Assembly: GCA_963751455.1 (NCBI GenBank)
Contig: CAVVUN010000002.1
Coordinates: 288,001-352,000 of the forward strand
Direction: 5' to 3'
Source: Nitrospirota bacterium
GTDB taxonomy: Bacteria; Nitrospirota; UBA9217
DNA: 64,000 bases
Shown: one piece after another, positions 35,095 to 46,100 of the stretch
How positions within the stretch are numbered: the stretch's first letter is position 1
How the letters are laid out: each line of letters begins with the position of its first letter
Made by a program: the position numbers and the translations under genes
The notes under the pieces: generated by a model
Database searches by the model: none
Told to the model about the DNA's origin: nothing
What the model saw: only the letters and a program-made list of their open reading frames with translations

Positions 35095-35784
35095 ATGTCC
35101 AAGGTAACGGCACTCATACCAGCGGCAGGCATGGGCAGGAGGATGGGACAGGCGGTTGCCAAGCAGTTCCTGCCTCTCGGCGATAAACCTATGCTTGCAC
35201 ACACCCTTCTCGTGTTTCAGCGAGCCTCCGAGATCGACGAAATCATCCCGATCCTTTCCAAGGAAGACATGGAAAGCTGTCTCAGAGACGTAATCGAGCA
35301 ATATCATATTACAAAAGTAAAAACCCTTGTCGTAGGCGGGAAAGAGCGTCAGGATTCAGTAATGAACGGGCTGCAAAAGCTGGAGAAGGACGCCTCGGTC
35401 GTGCTCGTACATGACGGCGTACGACCGTTTGTAACCATTGATATGATCAGCGAAAGCGTGGAGCTTGCAAAAAAAGGCGAGTGTATTGCCGTCGGTGTTC
35501 CGCTGAAAGACACGGTCAAGGAAGTGGACGATAAGCGGATCGTCCGCCACACGCTGGAGCGGAGCAGGCTTTGGGCGATACAGACTCCGCAGACATTTCC
35601 GGTCAAAATATTGAAACGGGCATATGATGAGTCGTATAAGCATCGCGCCTACGGAACCGATGACGCAATGCTTGTGGAGCGGGCGGGCGGCAAAGTCCGG
35701 GTCATCATGGGGAGTTACGAGAATATCAAGATCACGACACCCGAGGATCTTATCCTGGCAGAGGAGATCTTGAAAAGAAGATAG
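35095..35784 (+). CDS. ispD: MEP cytidylyltransferase
   Basis: PAAGMGRRM, GGKERQDSV, HDGVRP, QTPQ, KITTPEDL. Confidence 0.96.
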   Translation: MSKVTALIPAAGMGRRMGQAVAKQFLPLGDKPMLAHTLLVFQRASEIDEIIPILSKEDMESCLRDVIEQYHITKVKTLVVGGKERQDSVMNGLQKLEKDASVVLVHDGVRPFVTIDMISESVELAKKGECIAVGVPLKDTVKEVDDKRIVRHTLERSRLWAIQTPQTFPVKILKRAYDESYKHRAYGTDDAMLVERAGGKVRVIMGSYENIKITTPEDLILAEEILKRR

Positions 35785-35828
35785 CGGAAAAAATCTTAAA
35801 TTTCGAATAACTAATTTCAAAAACCTTT

Positions 35829-36005
35829 ATCCGCAGATTTCGCAGATTGCGCAGATAAAAATTCTTCTGAATGAAAATACCAGAATTAAATTTTAATTTT
35901 GAAGGGCGAAAACGGGCTTTCTTGATGTGTTTTTGAGTTCTTCGTGTTTTTTCTCAAACCAGGTGTTTTGCTTTCATCTGTGTAATCTGCGTAATCTGCG
36001 GATAA
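35829..36005. repeat. Inverted nonamer arrays (CGCAGATTN) between ispD and ispF
   Basis: ATCCGCAGATTTCGCAGATTGCGCAGAT ... ATCTGTGTAATCTGCGTAATCTGCGGAT. Confidence 0.75.
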
Positions 36006-36026
36006 TGTTAAAAGAGGTCTTATATC

Positions 36027-36525
36027 GTGATCAGAATCGGAACTGGCTACGATGTCCATCGCCTTGCCGAAGGCAGAAAAACTTATTGTCGGCGGTGTGG
36101 AAATCCCTTTTGAAAAAGGGTTGCTGGGGCACTCGGACGCCGATGTGCTGATACACGCCGTTTGCGATGCGCTGCTGGGCGCAGCCGGCCTCGGAGACAT
36201 AGGACGGCATTTTCCGGATAGTGAACCCAAGTATAAGGGTATATCGAGCCTGGCTCTTCTTGCCGAAGTGCATCATTTGCTGAGCAAGGACGGTTACCGG
36301 GTGAACAATATCGATTCCACGATCGTGGCTGAACGTCCGAAAATGGCGCCTCATATACCGGCGATGGAGGATAACATCGCATCTACGATCAAGATCAACC
36401 GGACCGCCGTTAATGTTAAAGCCACGACCACAGAAGGGCTCGGATTCTGCGGCAAGGGGGAAGGCATCGCGGCCTACGCTGTATGTACCATAAGTCAGGA
36501 CGATCAGCGGGATTCACGGAAATAA
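36027..36525 (+). CDS. ispF: MECDP synthase (extra A near 36080)
   Basis: [12 protein letters not shown] then [25 protein letters not shown]. Confidence 0.93.
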
Positions 36526-36546
36526 GCAATTCCAAATGAGGAACCG

Positions 36547-37116
36547 ATGCGCATTATCAATAGCGCAGCGATTTTATTGCTGCTTGCAATTTCGTCATCT
36601 TTTGCCGTGGACGGCTCGGAAACCGGAGACAACGCTCGGAAGAAGTATTTCTATCAATGGGTTGACAATAGCGGCGAAGTCCACATAAACGACGATCTCG
36701 GCAAAGTACCCGAACAATACCGTGAACAGGCGCGAAAAATAGAGAATGCGAAGATTGATCAAGCTTCTCCCTCAGTACAGCAAGCCCCGGAAAAGTTTCA
36801 ACCATCCGCGGGAGCCGATGCAAAAGCCGACGAGGCTGCCAGATCGGAATGGAAGGGGCGGCTTGGCGACTGGAAAGACCGGCTGCTGGAAGCAAAGACA
36901 CAGTACAGGGACCTTGACCGGGAATACAAAGAATTACTGGGACGATGGGGCTCGCTTGCCCTTGCCCCTGGTCAGGACAGGCTGAAGGCGCAACAGATAG
37001 AGCAGCGCATGAAGGAAGTTCAGAAGGAGATCGACGAGGCGAGAAACATGATTGAAGTAGTTATTCCGGAAGAGGCGCGAAAGGCCGGAGTGCCGCCGGG
37101 GTGGCTGAGGGAATAG
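36547..37116 (+). CDS. DUF4124-domain secreted protein
   Basis: Signal peptide, YQWVDNSGEVH, VPEQYR, ends ARKAGVPPGWLRE. Confidence 0.75.
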   Translation: MRIINSAAILLLLAISSSFAVDGSETGDNARKKYFYQWVDNSGEVHINDDLGKVPEQYREQARKIENAKIDQASPSVQQAPEKFQPSAGADAKADEAARSEWKGRLGDWKDRLLEAKTQYRDLDREYKELLGRWGSLALAPGQDRLKAQQIEQRMKEVQKEIDEARNMIEVVIPEEARKAGVPPGWLRE

Positions 37117-37209
37117 GATATGCGAGCAGATGCGGACCGTGGATTGGCGTTCCGGACGGCGACGCGGTCGCCTTGATCCACAAAGGCGAGACTGAAGAGA
37201 GTTCTGCTG

Positions 37210-37875
37210 ATGAAGGAAACGTGTCGAAAAATAAAGATGGATTTTCAGGCCGCACTTGCGATGGACCCTGCCGCGACGAGCAGGATCGAAGTCGCCCTTA
37301 CCTACGCGGGATTTCACGCACTCCTTTTCTATCGGTTTGGACATTGGATGTGCAAGAAGCGCATTCCGTTCATTCCGCGCGCTCTGTCTCAATTCGCGCG
37401 GTTTATAACCGGCATCGAGATTCATCCTGCAGCAGTCATCGGCTCCGGCCTGTTCATCGATCACGGCATGGGAGTCGTTATCGGTGAAACGACGGAGATT
37501 GGTGACAATGTAACGCTTTTTCAGGGGGTAACGCTCGGCGGGTACCGGGAAGCAGCGTGGAAAACGCCATCCGACTCTGGGGAACCACGTCGTAGTGGGC
37601 GCCGGAGCAAAAGTGCTCGGCCCGATCAGGATAGGGAACTACGTCAAGATCGGAGCGAATTCAGTCTTGCTTCAGGATGTGCCTGACCATTCGACTGTTG
37701 TCGGGTATCCCGGGAAAGATCGTGAGGATCAAGGACGAGCGCGTAGCCGACGAAGCGCTTATGGATCACATCCATATCCCTGACCCGATCGCAGACCGCT
37801 TTATCGATCTTCAGCTTCAGATCGACAATTTAAAAAAGGAATTAGAGAGAGCCAGAAAGAGCAGCATAGAAATAA
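37210..37875 (+). CDS. cysE: Serine O-acetyltransferase (two frameshifts; 3' end uncertain)
   Basis: [41 protein letters not shown]. Confidence 0.88.
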
Positions 37876-37936
37876 CGCATGATCCGGAATCGTCACAGGA
37901 TCTGCCTCCATCATGTATCTTGTATCGTGCATCATA

Positions 37937-38355
37937 TCATCTCTCTACGATTTTGAAGCTGTGTGTAATAGTGCCGGTTTTTGCGAGCGTTGCTCCTACA
38001 GCGCAGTATTTTTCAAGCGAGAGCAAAATGGCGCGTTCCACGGCTTCCTTTTCGACGCCTTTGCCTTTTACGATATACTCGATATGAATTTCCTTGTATA
38101 CCTTCGGGAACGAATCGGTTTTTTCGCCCTTTACATTGATTTCCATGCCCGTAATTGACTGGCGTTTCTTTCGCAGGATTGAAATTACATCCATCCCCGA
38201 GCACCCTCCAAAACCCACAAGGAGCAATTCGGTAGGACGGAAACCGGCATTATTGCCGCCGATTTATCATCCGCGTCCATAGAAAGGGTATGACCTGATG
38301 TTGCAGTTCCGATAAAATGCATGTCCCGGACAAGATTAACTTTAGCTTCAACCAT
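37937..38355 (-). CDS. OsmC family protein (frameshift near 38262)
   Basis: SGHTLSMD, RPTELLLVGFGGCSGMDV, SLEKYCAV. Confidence 0.85.
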
Positions 38356-39009
38356 TTATTGTTCTCCAATCTGCGGGCAAATAGTAACAGATGTTTCTAA
38401 AACAGTCAATCCAGCAGTAAAAAATTATATTGGTGGAAAATATTGTTAAGAAAAAAGTATGATGAATTAGGGTTTTGCCAATACATGGCCCTCATATTAA
38501 AAAATATAAAATTAACATTTAATGCAACTTTATTAGTTAATAACTTGTTTAATATTGAAACTTTGAGTTTGTCGCCGGATAAAACCTGATTCCGATCAGT
38601 AAAACAAATTGTATTAGACTTATTTTTATACCTTAAGTCTCTGTATTTATTTAATGTTATTTATATATTCTAAAAAGTAAAATTATAGATGGTTATGGTT
38701 CAATTAGTTTTTTTAATTTGACTAAAAATTGTAGTGAACATACAATCGGATGTCTGAAAGTGACTTAATTTTATTTCACTCTCGGCTGATGTTTTTTCTG
38801 ACCTGCCCACCTCATTTCATAATAAAACCTTTTGAAAGAAAGGGGGACCGATCTGACACTTGATGGGAGTAGTTCCCGGATGATTTTATCTTCCGTGAGG
38901 AAGTTGTTCACGGAACCATGAATGAATCCACGACAAGATACACAGCGAGATTTTATGATCTTAGACTTGACGACGACAAGTGAAATAATTTTATAAGGAG
39001 GATTTCCTA

Positions 39010-40189
39010 ATGAGCAAAGATGGCAAGACACCGATGCTTGACGAACTGGAAAAAGGCGCATGGCCGAGTTTCGTAAAAGAGATCAAGAAGGCCGCAAAGA
39101 AGAGTAATACGGCCCAAGATCTTCTCAACATCCTTGAGAGATCATACAGGGATAAAGTTACCCACTGGAAGCACGGCGGTATCGTGGGCGTCCTTGGTTA
39201 CGGCGGCGGCGTTATCGGCCGTTACTGCGACCTTCCCGAGGAATATCCGGGCGTCGCTCACTTCCACACCGTTCGTATCAACCAGCCCGCCGGCTTCTAC
39301 TATACGTCGAGCGCGCTTCGTGAGCTCATGGATATCTGGGACAAATACGGCAGCGGCCTGACGAACATGCACGGGTCCACCGGCGACCTCGTCCTCCTCG
39401 GCACGCAGACCGACAAGCTCGAGCCCATCTTCGCGGAAACAACGGCAAAGGGCTGGGACCTCGGCGGCTCCGGCTCCTGCCTCCGTACCCCGAGCTGCTG
39501 TGCCGGCAAATCCCGCTGCGAGTTCGCGAACATCGACACCATGGAGATCTGCGATACGCTCACCCATAAGTTCCAGGATGAGCTCCATCGTCCCGCGTTC
39601 CCCTACAAGTTCAAGATCAAGGTCTCGGGCTGCGCCAACGACTGCGTTGCCTCCATTGCCCGCGCTGATATGTCCATCATCGGCACGTGGCGCGACACCA
39701 TTCGCATTGATCAGGCCGAGGTGAAGAACTACATCCAAGAGCATGAATATCGCCGAAGAGATCGTCGGCATGTGTCCGACAAAATGCATGAGCTTCGACG
39801 GCAGCACGCTCAAGATCAACGACAAAGACTGCAGCCGCTGCATGCACTGTATCAATCAGATGCCCAAGGCGCTGCGCCCCGGAAAAGAGCAAGGCGCGAC
39901 CATCATGCTCGGCGGCAAGGCCCCGATCGTGACCGGCGCTCTCATGAGCTGGGTTATCGTTCCTTTCATGAAGCTTGAAAAGCCGTATGATAATCTGGAA
40001 GAACTCATCCGCAAGTTGTGGGAATGGTGGGATGACCACGGCAAGAACCGCGAGCGTATCGGCGAACTTGTCGACCGTCTCGGCATGAAGTCCATGCTTG
40101 ACGCAACCGGTCTCCAGGCAGTACCCCAGATGGTGAAAGCCCCCAGGTCGAACCCGTACGTATTCTGGTCACCGGAAGACGTGAAATAA
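39010..40189 (+). CDS. dsrA: Dissimilatory sulfite reductase alpha subunit (extra base near 39733)
   Basis: [27 protein letters not shown]5C..GCANDC siroheme site, RERIGE. Confidence 0.96.
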
Positions 40190-40208
40190 CTTAAGGAGGA
40201 TAACTTAG

Positions 40209-41282
40209 ATGGCTGACAAACCGAAGAGAATAACCGATATAGGAGCTCCTCACTTTAGCAAATTTTTGCCTCCCGTGATCACCAAGAACTACGGGAAATG
40301 GAAATACCATGAAATTATCAACAAAGGCGCGATGAAGCATGTCTCCGAGACCGGAGACGAGCTTTATACGGTTCGTATGGCATCACCCCGTCTCGTGAGC
40401 AGCGATTTTATCCGCGAGTTATGCGAAATCGCCGATAAATTCTCGGGAGGGCATCTGCGCTTCACGACGCGTAACAACGTCGAGTTCTTTCCTGCCAAGG
40501 ATCAGGTAGCGCCTCTCCAGGCCGAACTCAAGAAGCGCGGCCACCTGTCCGGCGGTATCGGCTACGGCATCAGCAACGTGGTGCACACCCAGGGCTGGAT
40601 CCACTGCCATACCCCGGCAACGGATGCTTCGGGCGTCGTGAAAGCCGTCATGGACGAACTCCATGAATATTTCACGACCAAGACGCTCCCGGCCCGTGTA
40701 CGTATCGCGCTCGCCTGCTGCCTGAATATGTGCGGCGCGGTTCATTGTTCCGACATCGCAATTCTCGGCATTCACCGCAAGCCCCCGAAGGTGAACGAGA
40801 AGACGATTGGCAACCAGTGCGAAATTCCTACGACTATCGCTTCCTGTCCCACGGGCGCCATCAGCCCGAACCCGGCAGCCAAGTCGGTGAAGATCAAGGA
40901 AGAGCGCTGCATGTATTGCGGTAACTGCTACACGATGTGTCCGTCTCTCCCGCTCGCTGATGCAACCGGTGACGGCATCTCGATCTGGGTCGGCGGCAAG
41001 GTGTCGAACGCACGCGGCCCGGCGCGTATGTCCAAGCTGGCCATCCCGTTCCTCCCGAACAATCCTCCGCGCTGGCCGGAAGTCGTTAATGCGGTGAAGC
41101 ATCTTGTTGAAGTTTACGCCAAGGATGCCCGCAAGCACGAACGTGTAGGCGAGTGGATCGAGCGCATAGGCTGGGAGCGTTTCTTCAAAATAACAGGAAT
41201 CGCGTTTACTCAGATGCATATCGACGATTTCACCTTTGCACGCGATACGTTCAGAATGACCCCGACCTTCAAGTGGGAATAG
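40209..41282 (+). CDS. dsrB: Dissimilatory sulfite reductase beta subunit
   Basis: [41 protein letters not shown]. Confidence 0.98.
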   Translation: MADKPKRITDIGAPHFSKFLPPVITKNYGKWKYHEIINKGAMKHVSETGDELYTVRMASPRLVSSDFIRELCEIADKFSGGHLRFTTRNNVEFFPAKDQVAPLQAELKKRGHLSGGIGYGISNVVHTQGWIHCHTPATDASGVVKAVMDELHEYFTTKTLPARVRIALACCLNMCGAVHCSDIAILGIHRKPPKVNEKTIGNQCEIPTTIASCPTGAISPNPAAKSVKIKEERCMYCGNCYTMCPSLPLADATGDGISIWVGGKVSNARGPARMSKLAIPFLPNNPPRWPEVVNAVKHLVEVYAKDARKHERVGEWIERIGWERFFKITGIAFTQMHIDDFTFARDTFRMTPTFKWE

Positions 41283-41296
41283 TGGAATAACGTCAT

Positions 41297-41332
41297 GTCG
41301 GCCCCGGTTATTATGGACCGGGGCCGGCTTTT
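41297..41332 (+). terminator. Hairpin/terminator between dsrB and dsrD
   Basis: GTCGGCCCCGGT/ACCGGGGCCGGC + TTTT. Confidence 0.6.
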
Positions 41333-41367
41333 ATGATGACCTGAGCAACTAAATGGAGGGGACGAAT

Positions 41368-41604
41368 ATGGATGCTGAAGAACTGCAGAAAAAAGTATAT
41401 GCGCTGGTTGAAAAGAGCCAGGGCAAAAAAAAGCTGAAACCCAAGGACATCAGCAATGCCATGGAGGCCGAAGGCGCGACACAGGCTGAGACAAAAGCCG
41501 CGCTCCGCGAACTGATAGACGGCGGCAAACTGGTGTATTCGTATTTCGGCGGTACCGCCGTCGAGATTCCGCACACTGAAGGTTCGGCCAATCCGCAATC
41601 CTGA
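41368..41604 (+). CDS. dsrD: DsrD
   Basis: Small protein directly after dsrB; KKKLKPKD, LIDGGKLVYSYFGG winged-helix pattern. Confidence 0.85.
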   Translation: MDAEELQKKVYALVEKSQGKKKLKPKDISNAMEAEGATQAETKAALRELIDGGKLVYSYFGGTAVEIPHTEGSANPQS

Positions 41605-43016
41605 TGCAGGCCATACCGAGGCTGGTAATTTCAGCCACGCGGGGAGGGCTCGGCAAGACCACCCTCGCAATCGGCATCACCGCAGCCTGGCGCAAGCAAG
41701 GCAGGCGGGTAGCGGTTTTTAAAAAAGGTCCCGATTTTATAGACGCCGGATGGCTCGGCGCTGCAGCCGGCACTGCATGCTATAATTTGGATCTTTTTAT
41801 GATGGCAAAAGAGCAGATACTCCGCTCGTTCGTGACGCACTCGGCAAATTCAGACGTAGCGGTCATTGAAGGCAATCGCGGCCTCTTCGATGGCATGGAT
41901 GAAACCGGAACATACAGTACAGCGCGCCTGGCGAAGCTGCTCAAAGCACCGGTTATCATCATTGTAGACTGCACCAAGGCTTCGAATACAGTGGGCGCCG
42001 TGGTACTGGGATGCCGCAACTATGATCCCGAAGCAGATATACAAGGCGTCATTCTTAATAACGTATCGTCCGGCCGGCATGAAACGGTGATACGGAAGTC
42101 AATTGAACGAAGCAGCGGTCTGCAGGTTGTTGGAGCGGTACCGCGGCGGAAAAAGGGTGAATTCCCGGAACGCCATATGGGACTGACACCCTTTCACGAG
42201 CACCCGCAGGTTGAACAAGCGATAAGCGCAGCGGCGGCTGTAGCGGAACAGTATCTTGACATTGACGCACTATGGAGTATTGCAAGCGGTATTTCGGACC
42301 TCGATATTCCGGCAAGCTTGGAACCGGTCGTTCACCAGGAGAAATATGACGAACAGCCGGTCATCGGGGTTATCCGAGATACTGCTTTTCAGTTTTACTA
42401 TCCTGACAATCTGGAAGCGCTTGAGCGACACGGCGCGCGTATAGAAATCATAAACGCCCTCAGGGATGAGACGCTGCCGGCAATCGATGCTTTATACATA
42501 GGCGGGGGGTTTCCGGAAACCCAGGCCGCGGAGCTGGCAGCGAACGAAAGCTTCTGCCGCTCGATCAAAGCCGGCGTCGAGCAGGGTCTGCCGGTATACG
42601 CGGAATGCGGCGGGCTTATATATCTTGGCAGGAGTTTGAAAACGCAGGATCGGGAATATGCGATGACCGGCGTTCTTCCTGTCGATTTTGTTCTCGAAAA
42701 TAAGCCGCAGGCCCATGGCTACACGGTTTTGAAAGTGGGTAATAACGGAATTTTTCTTGGCGAAAGTGTTATAATAAAAGGCCACGAATTTCACTATTCC
42801 CGGGTGGAAGGCGGAACCCCGCTTCCCCTGGCATACGAGGTAACACGCGGAGGTGGAATCGACGGGAAGGGCGATGGCTTCGTATATAAGAACGTAATCG
42901 GTTGCTATACCCATCTGCATGCTCTCGGCACGCCGGAATGGGCCGAGGCCATGGTCAGAAAAGCATACGAATACCGTAACCAGAAAATAAGATCGGGAAA
43001 GCAGGTTTTAAGTTGA
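41604..43016 (+). CDS. dsrN: Siroheme amidase (cobyrinate a,c-diamide synthase family)
   Basis: GGLGKT, KKGPDFID, EGNRGLFDG, GGGFPE, AECGG, GHEFHYS; dsr context. Confidence 0.9.
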   Translation: MQAIPRLVISATRGGLGKTTLAIGITAAWRKQGRRVAVFKKGPDFIDAGWLGAAAGTACYNLDLFMMAKEQILRSFVTHSANSDVAVIEGNRGLFDGMDETGTYSTARLAKLLKAPVIIIVDCTKASNTVGAVVLGCRNYDPEADIQGVILNNVSSGRHETVIRKSIERSSGLQVVGAVPRRKKGEFPERHMGLTPFHEHPQVEQAISAAAAVAEQYLDIDALWSIASGISDLDIPASLEPVVHQEKYDEQPVIGVIRDTAFQFYYPDNLEALERHGARIEIINALRDETLPAIDALYIGGGFPETQAAELAANESFCRSIKAGVEQGLPVYAECGGLIYLGRSLKTQDREYAMTGVLPVDFVLENKPQAHGYTVLKVGNNGIFLGESVIIKGHEFHYSRVEGGTPLPLAYEVTRGGGIDGKGDGFVYKNVIGCYTHLHALGTPEWAEAMVRKAYEYRNQKIRSGKQVLS

Positions 43017-43375
43017 GGTCTGATGCAAGGGAAGGCGTGGAGCTTGTATGTCCGTTTTGCAGGTCGAAACTGGCGCGGCCGAAGGAAATGCGGATTAACT
43101 CCATGGAAACTGTCCCGGGCGGAAAATGCGGTTCATGCGGAGCATTGTATATCCTTGATCCCACCAGCAAAAATGTGGGCCAGGTCATGATGCAGGGCCT
43201 TGATATGGCTGCGGCCGAGTTGTCCAAGGACAGCACAGATCTGGTTGCAGGCGAGGATTACGAAGATATTATATTAAGCTACGACTGGCGGACTCACCGT
43301 TCTGCCGGTGTGCCCAAGGGTTTTATGGACGGTCATGGACGGCTCTATGTAATAAAAGTAATAAAGTCTGGTTGA
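43013..43375 (+). CDS. Hypothetical protein with CPFC/CGSC motifs
   Basis: TTG start overlapping the dsrN stop; two CxxC. Confidence 0.7.
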   Translation: MRSDAREGVELVCPFCRSKLARPKEMRINSMETVPGGKCGSCGALYILDPTSKNVGQVMMQGLDMAAAELSKDSTDLVAGEDYEDIILSYDWRTHRSAGVPKGFMDGHGRLYVIKVIKSG

Positions 43376-43512
43376 TGACGGGAGGGGAAAAGCGGAAGAC
43401 GGAACGGACTTAAGTCCCTCACACCTTTCGCTGTGCCGCCTTCCGGAAGTTAATACTCAGCGGGACGCTCAGGGACGTGCCCGAATAAAATTCATGAAAG
43501 GGGAAACTAACA

Positions 43513-43848
43513 ATGGCAACAATTGAGGTAAAGGGAAAAACGATCGAAGTAGACGAAGACGGTTTTTTGGCGAACCTGGACGACTGGAACATGGATGTAG
43601 CGAATTACTTCGCACAGGTTGAGGGAATTGATATGACCGATCAGCACTGGGAGGTCGTAAATTTCCTGCGCGACTATTACAAGCAGTATCAGATTGCGCC
43701 GATGATCAAGATCCTCGTGAAAGAAATCGGCAAGAAGCTTGGGCCTGAAAAGGGAAATACCAAGTATCTCTATGAGCTCTATCCGGGCGGTCCGGCAAAG
43801 CAGGCATGCAAAATTGCCGGTCTTCCGAAGCCGACCGGCTGCGTATAG
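43513..43848 (+). CDS. dsrC: DsrC
   Basis: DEDGFL, HWEVV, C-terminal CKIAGLPKPTGCV (CX10C). Confidence 0.97.
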   Translation: MATIEVKGKTIEVDEDGFLANLDDWNMDVANYFAQVEGIDMTDQHWEVVNFLRDYYKQYQIAPMIKILVKEIGKKLGPEKGNTKYLYELYPGGPAKQACKIAGLPKPTGCV

Positions 43849-44008
43849 ATTTTTTTCTAACGTCGAATACCGGATCCGGTCTAAACTCTGCGGATTTCGA
43901 TGCGAGGAAGACCGGGAATAGGCCGCGGCCGACAGCCGTATCAATCGGTCAATGCTTGAGAACGGTAATTGACGGTCAGGATATCTCTGTAAGGAGGAAC
44001 GCGGCACC

Positions 44009-44194
44009 ATGATGATGGTAACGATCGACAAGGCAAAGTGTGATGGTGACGGCACTTGCGTGAATATGTGCCCGCAGGCGGTTTTCAAGGTTGAGGGCGG
44101 CAAGTCCGAACCGGTAAATGTGTCCGAATGCATCAACTGTCTGACCTGCGTTGAGAATTGCCCGCAGCAGGCAATCACGGTCACCGAGATATAA
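44009..44194 (+). CDS. Dicluster ferredoxin, copy 1
   Basis: CDGDGTCVNMCP and CINCLTCVENCP. Confidence 0.92.
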   Translation: MMMVTIDKAKCDGDGTCVNMCPQAVFKVEGGKSEPVNVSECINCLTCVENCPQQAITVTEI

Positions 44195-44220
44195 ATGTGG
44201 TAACAGGAATCGATAACAAA

Positions 44221-44254
44221 GGGGAATAGTTGAATGACTAATCCCCTGTTTTTT
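44221..44254 (+). terminator. Rho-independent terminator
   Basis: GGGGAATAGT/ACTAATCCCC + T run. Confidence 0.65.
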
Positions 44255-44282
44255 ATTAAATCGCGCTCTGGGAGGTGAAAAG

Positions 44283-44582
44283 ATGAAGCTGGCAGTATTT
44301 TTGAGCGACTGGAGAAGGTCCGAATGCACACTCGAGAAAATGAAGGCCGATAAAATGGCAATTATCCTCGTGGGCAACGGAATTTATCATGCCGTGACGA
44401 AGGAAGAAGGCAGGGATTCGCCGGTGCTTTCAAAAGCGGGCGCCAATTTTTATGTCCTCTCGGACGATCTCGAAACCCGGGGATATACCGCAGCGAATGT
44501 AAACTCCAAGGTCAAAGTAATCGGCTACGGCGATATCGTTGACCTCATTATGAACGACTACGAGAAAACGGCCTGGATGTAG
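44283..44582 (+). CDS. dsrH: DsrH/TusB family
   Basis: ILVGNGIY, YVLSDDLETRG, IGYGDIVDL, C-terminal W. Confidence 0.8.
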   Translation: MKLAVFLSDWRRSECTLEKMKADKMAIILVGNGIYHAVTKEEGRDSPVLSKAGANFYVLSDDLETRGYTAANVNSKVKVIGYGDIVDLIMNDYEKTAWM

Positions 44583-44729
44583 GCAAATCATGAGGGACGA
44601 GGATGAAGGACGAGGGACGAGAAGAACTGGAACCGATTCGTCCATCGTCAGAGCGAATCCCGATTTTCATCGGGATAAACTGCGTGAGCGCTCGCCCATC
44701 GTCCATCGAAATCTGAATAGGAGGATATT

Positions 44730-45089
44730 ATGGGAGAATTAACACTGGGAGTTTTTCCCTCTTTGGTTGGCTCGATGTCGCTCGACTTTGCTTTTAAGCT
44801 GGCTGAAGCGGGAATGGCCAAAGGCCATAAGGTGAATATGTGGCTCTCCGGCAATGCCGTGATGATGGCCAAAAAGGGGCAGAAGGCATTCAAGGATTAT
44901 TCGCATCTTGAAAAGCGCATGAAGGAGATGATCGGTAAAGGCATGGAAATTACCGTCTGCGAGGCGTGCGCCGAAGCGAGGGGCTATCATAAGGAAGACA
45001 CGCCCGAGGGCATGAAACGGGCGAGCATGGACTGGTATCTCGCAAAGACCGTCAAGACCGACAGGTTACTTCATATCGGAGGTGAGTAA
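44730..45089 (+). CDS. dsrE: DsrE/TusD family
   Basis: GHKVNMWLSGNAV, VCEACAEARG. Confidence 0.8.
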   Translation: MGELTLGVFPSLVGSMSLDFAFKLAEAGMAKGHKVNMWLSGNAVMMAKKGQKAFKDYSHLEKRMKEMIGKGMEITVCEACAEARGYHKEDTPEGMKRASMDWYLAKTVKTDRLLHIGGE

Positions 45090-45502
45090 TGGGCGCCGTT
45101 AATTTATTGTTCGTAGTGCAGAGACCCCCCTATAAGAGTGAGAACCCCCGCCTGGCCCTCACGCATGCAATTGCAAGCCAGACAGCGGAAATTTACATGG
45201 ATGACGGAGACTCGGTCGTACCCACGATGGTGTTTGTCGGCGACGGGGTGCTGAATGCCGTGAAGAACCAGCAGGCCATGAAGGTCTATGGCGTGACGAG
45301 CACAGAAAACCATATTAAGAGCTGTTTGATGATCGACTTGCCGGTTTGGGTCTGCAAGGAGGACATGCAGCGGTTGGGCCTCACCGAGGACCAGATGATC
45401 ACGGAGGCCGCGGACATGGGCGCTGATCTCAAGACCAAGTTTGTCTCGTTTGCCGACATTCAGAAGGAAATGGACTCGGTAAAGCACCTGCTCTTCTTTT
45501 AA
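45089..45502 (+). CDS. dsrF: DsrF/TusC family
   Basis: LFVVQRPPY, FVGDGV, VCKEDMQRLGL. Confidence 0.78.
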   Translation: MGAVNLLFVVQRPPYKSENPRLALTHAIASQTAEIYMDDGDSVVPTMVFVGDGVLNAVKNQQAMKVYGVTSTENHIKSCLMIDLPVWVCKEDMQRLGLTEDQMITEAADMGADLKTKFVSFADIQKEMDSVKHLLFF

Positions 45503-45527
45503 CCGGCAACGCCTTTAAAGATTATTT

Positions 45528-46049
45528 ATGGATATAGATCTCAAAAAACACCTGATAGAAAAAAAACCGGCTATTCTCAAGAAATGGTTCGAAGCTGTTA
45601 CGGAAACATATCCCGAAAACACTTCTGCTTTTTTGAAGCAGCAAAAGGCGCAGTTTGCAAATCCTGTCGGCTACAACCTGGCCGAAGGGTTAGAAGGCCT
45701 TTTCGAGGCGTTGCTCCAGGGAGTAATCCTCGACAAGGTTTCCACCTTTCTTGACAGCATTGTCAGGATAAGGGCAGTCCAGGCTTTTACGCCTTCCGAA
45801 GCCGTTGCGTTTATCTTTCAGCTGAAGAAGATAATCCGGCAGGAACTCGGCACCGAGGTCCTGCAGCAGCACCGGATGATTGAGGAATTTATCGCCCTCG
45901 ACGCAGCCATCGACGACCTGGCCCTCTTCTCCTTTGATATCTTCATAAAATGCCGGGAAAAAATCTACGAAATCAAGGCGAATGAAGCGCGAAACATGAC
46001 CTTCAGGCTCTTGCAGCAGGCGAAGCTCATTGTCGACGATCAGGATTGA
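45528..46049 (+). CDS. dsrT: DsrT (RsbRD N-terminal-like)
   Basis: FANPVG, IRAVQAFTPSEA, CREKIYEIK; directly before dsrM. Confidence 0.9.
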   Translation: MDIDLKKHLIEKKPAILKKWFEAVTETYPENTSAFLKQQKAQFANPVGYNLAEGLEGLFEALLQGVILDKVSTFLDSIVRIRAVQAFTPSEAVAFIFQLKKIIRQELGTEVLQQHRMIEEFIALDAAIDDLALFSFDIFIKCREKIYEIKANEARNMTFRLLQQAKLIVDDQD

Positions 46050-46100
46050 ACCTGGGCGGAGATATTGACGCTGCTAACCTTAACGAAAAGAGGTAACGAA

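Noticed and set aside
37677-38087. Long cysE C-terminal extension overlapping osmC
   Set aside because: It runs through a low-complexity repeat and antisense into osmC; likely a lost stop caused by an indel.
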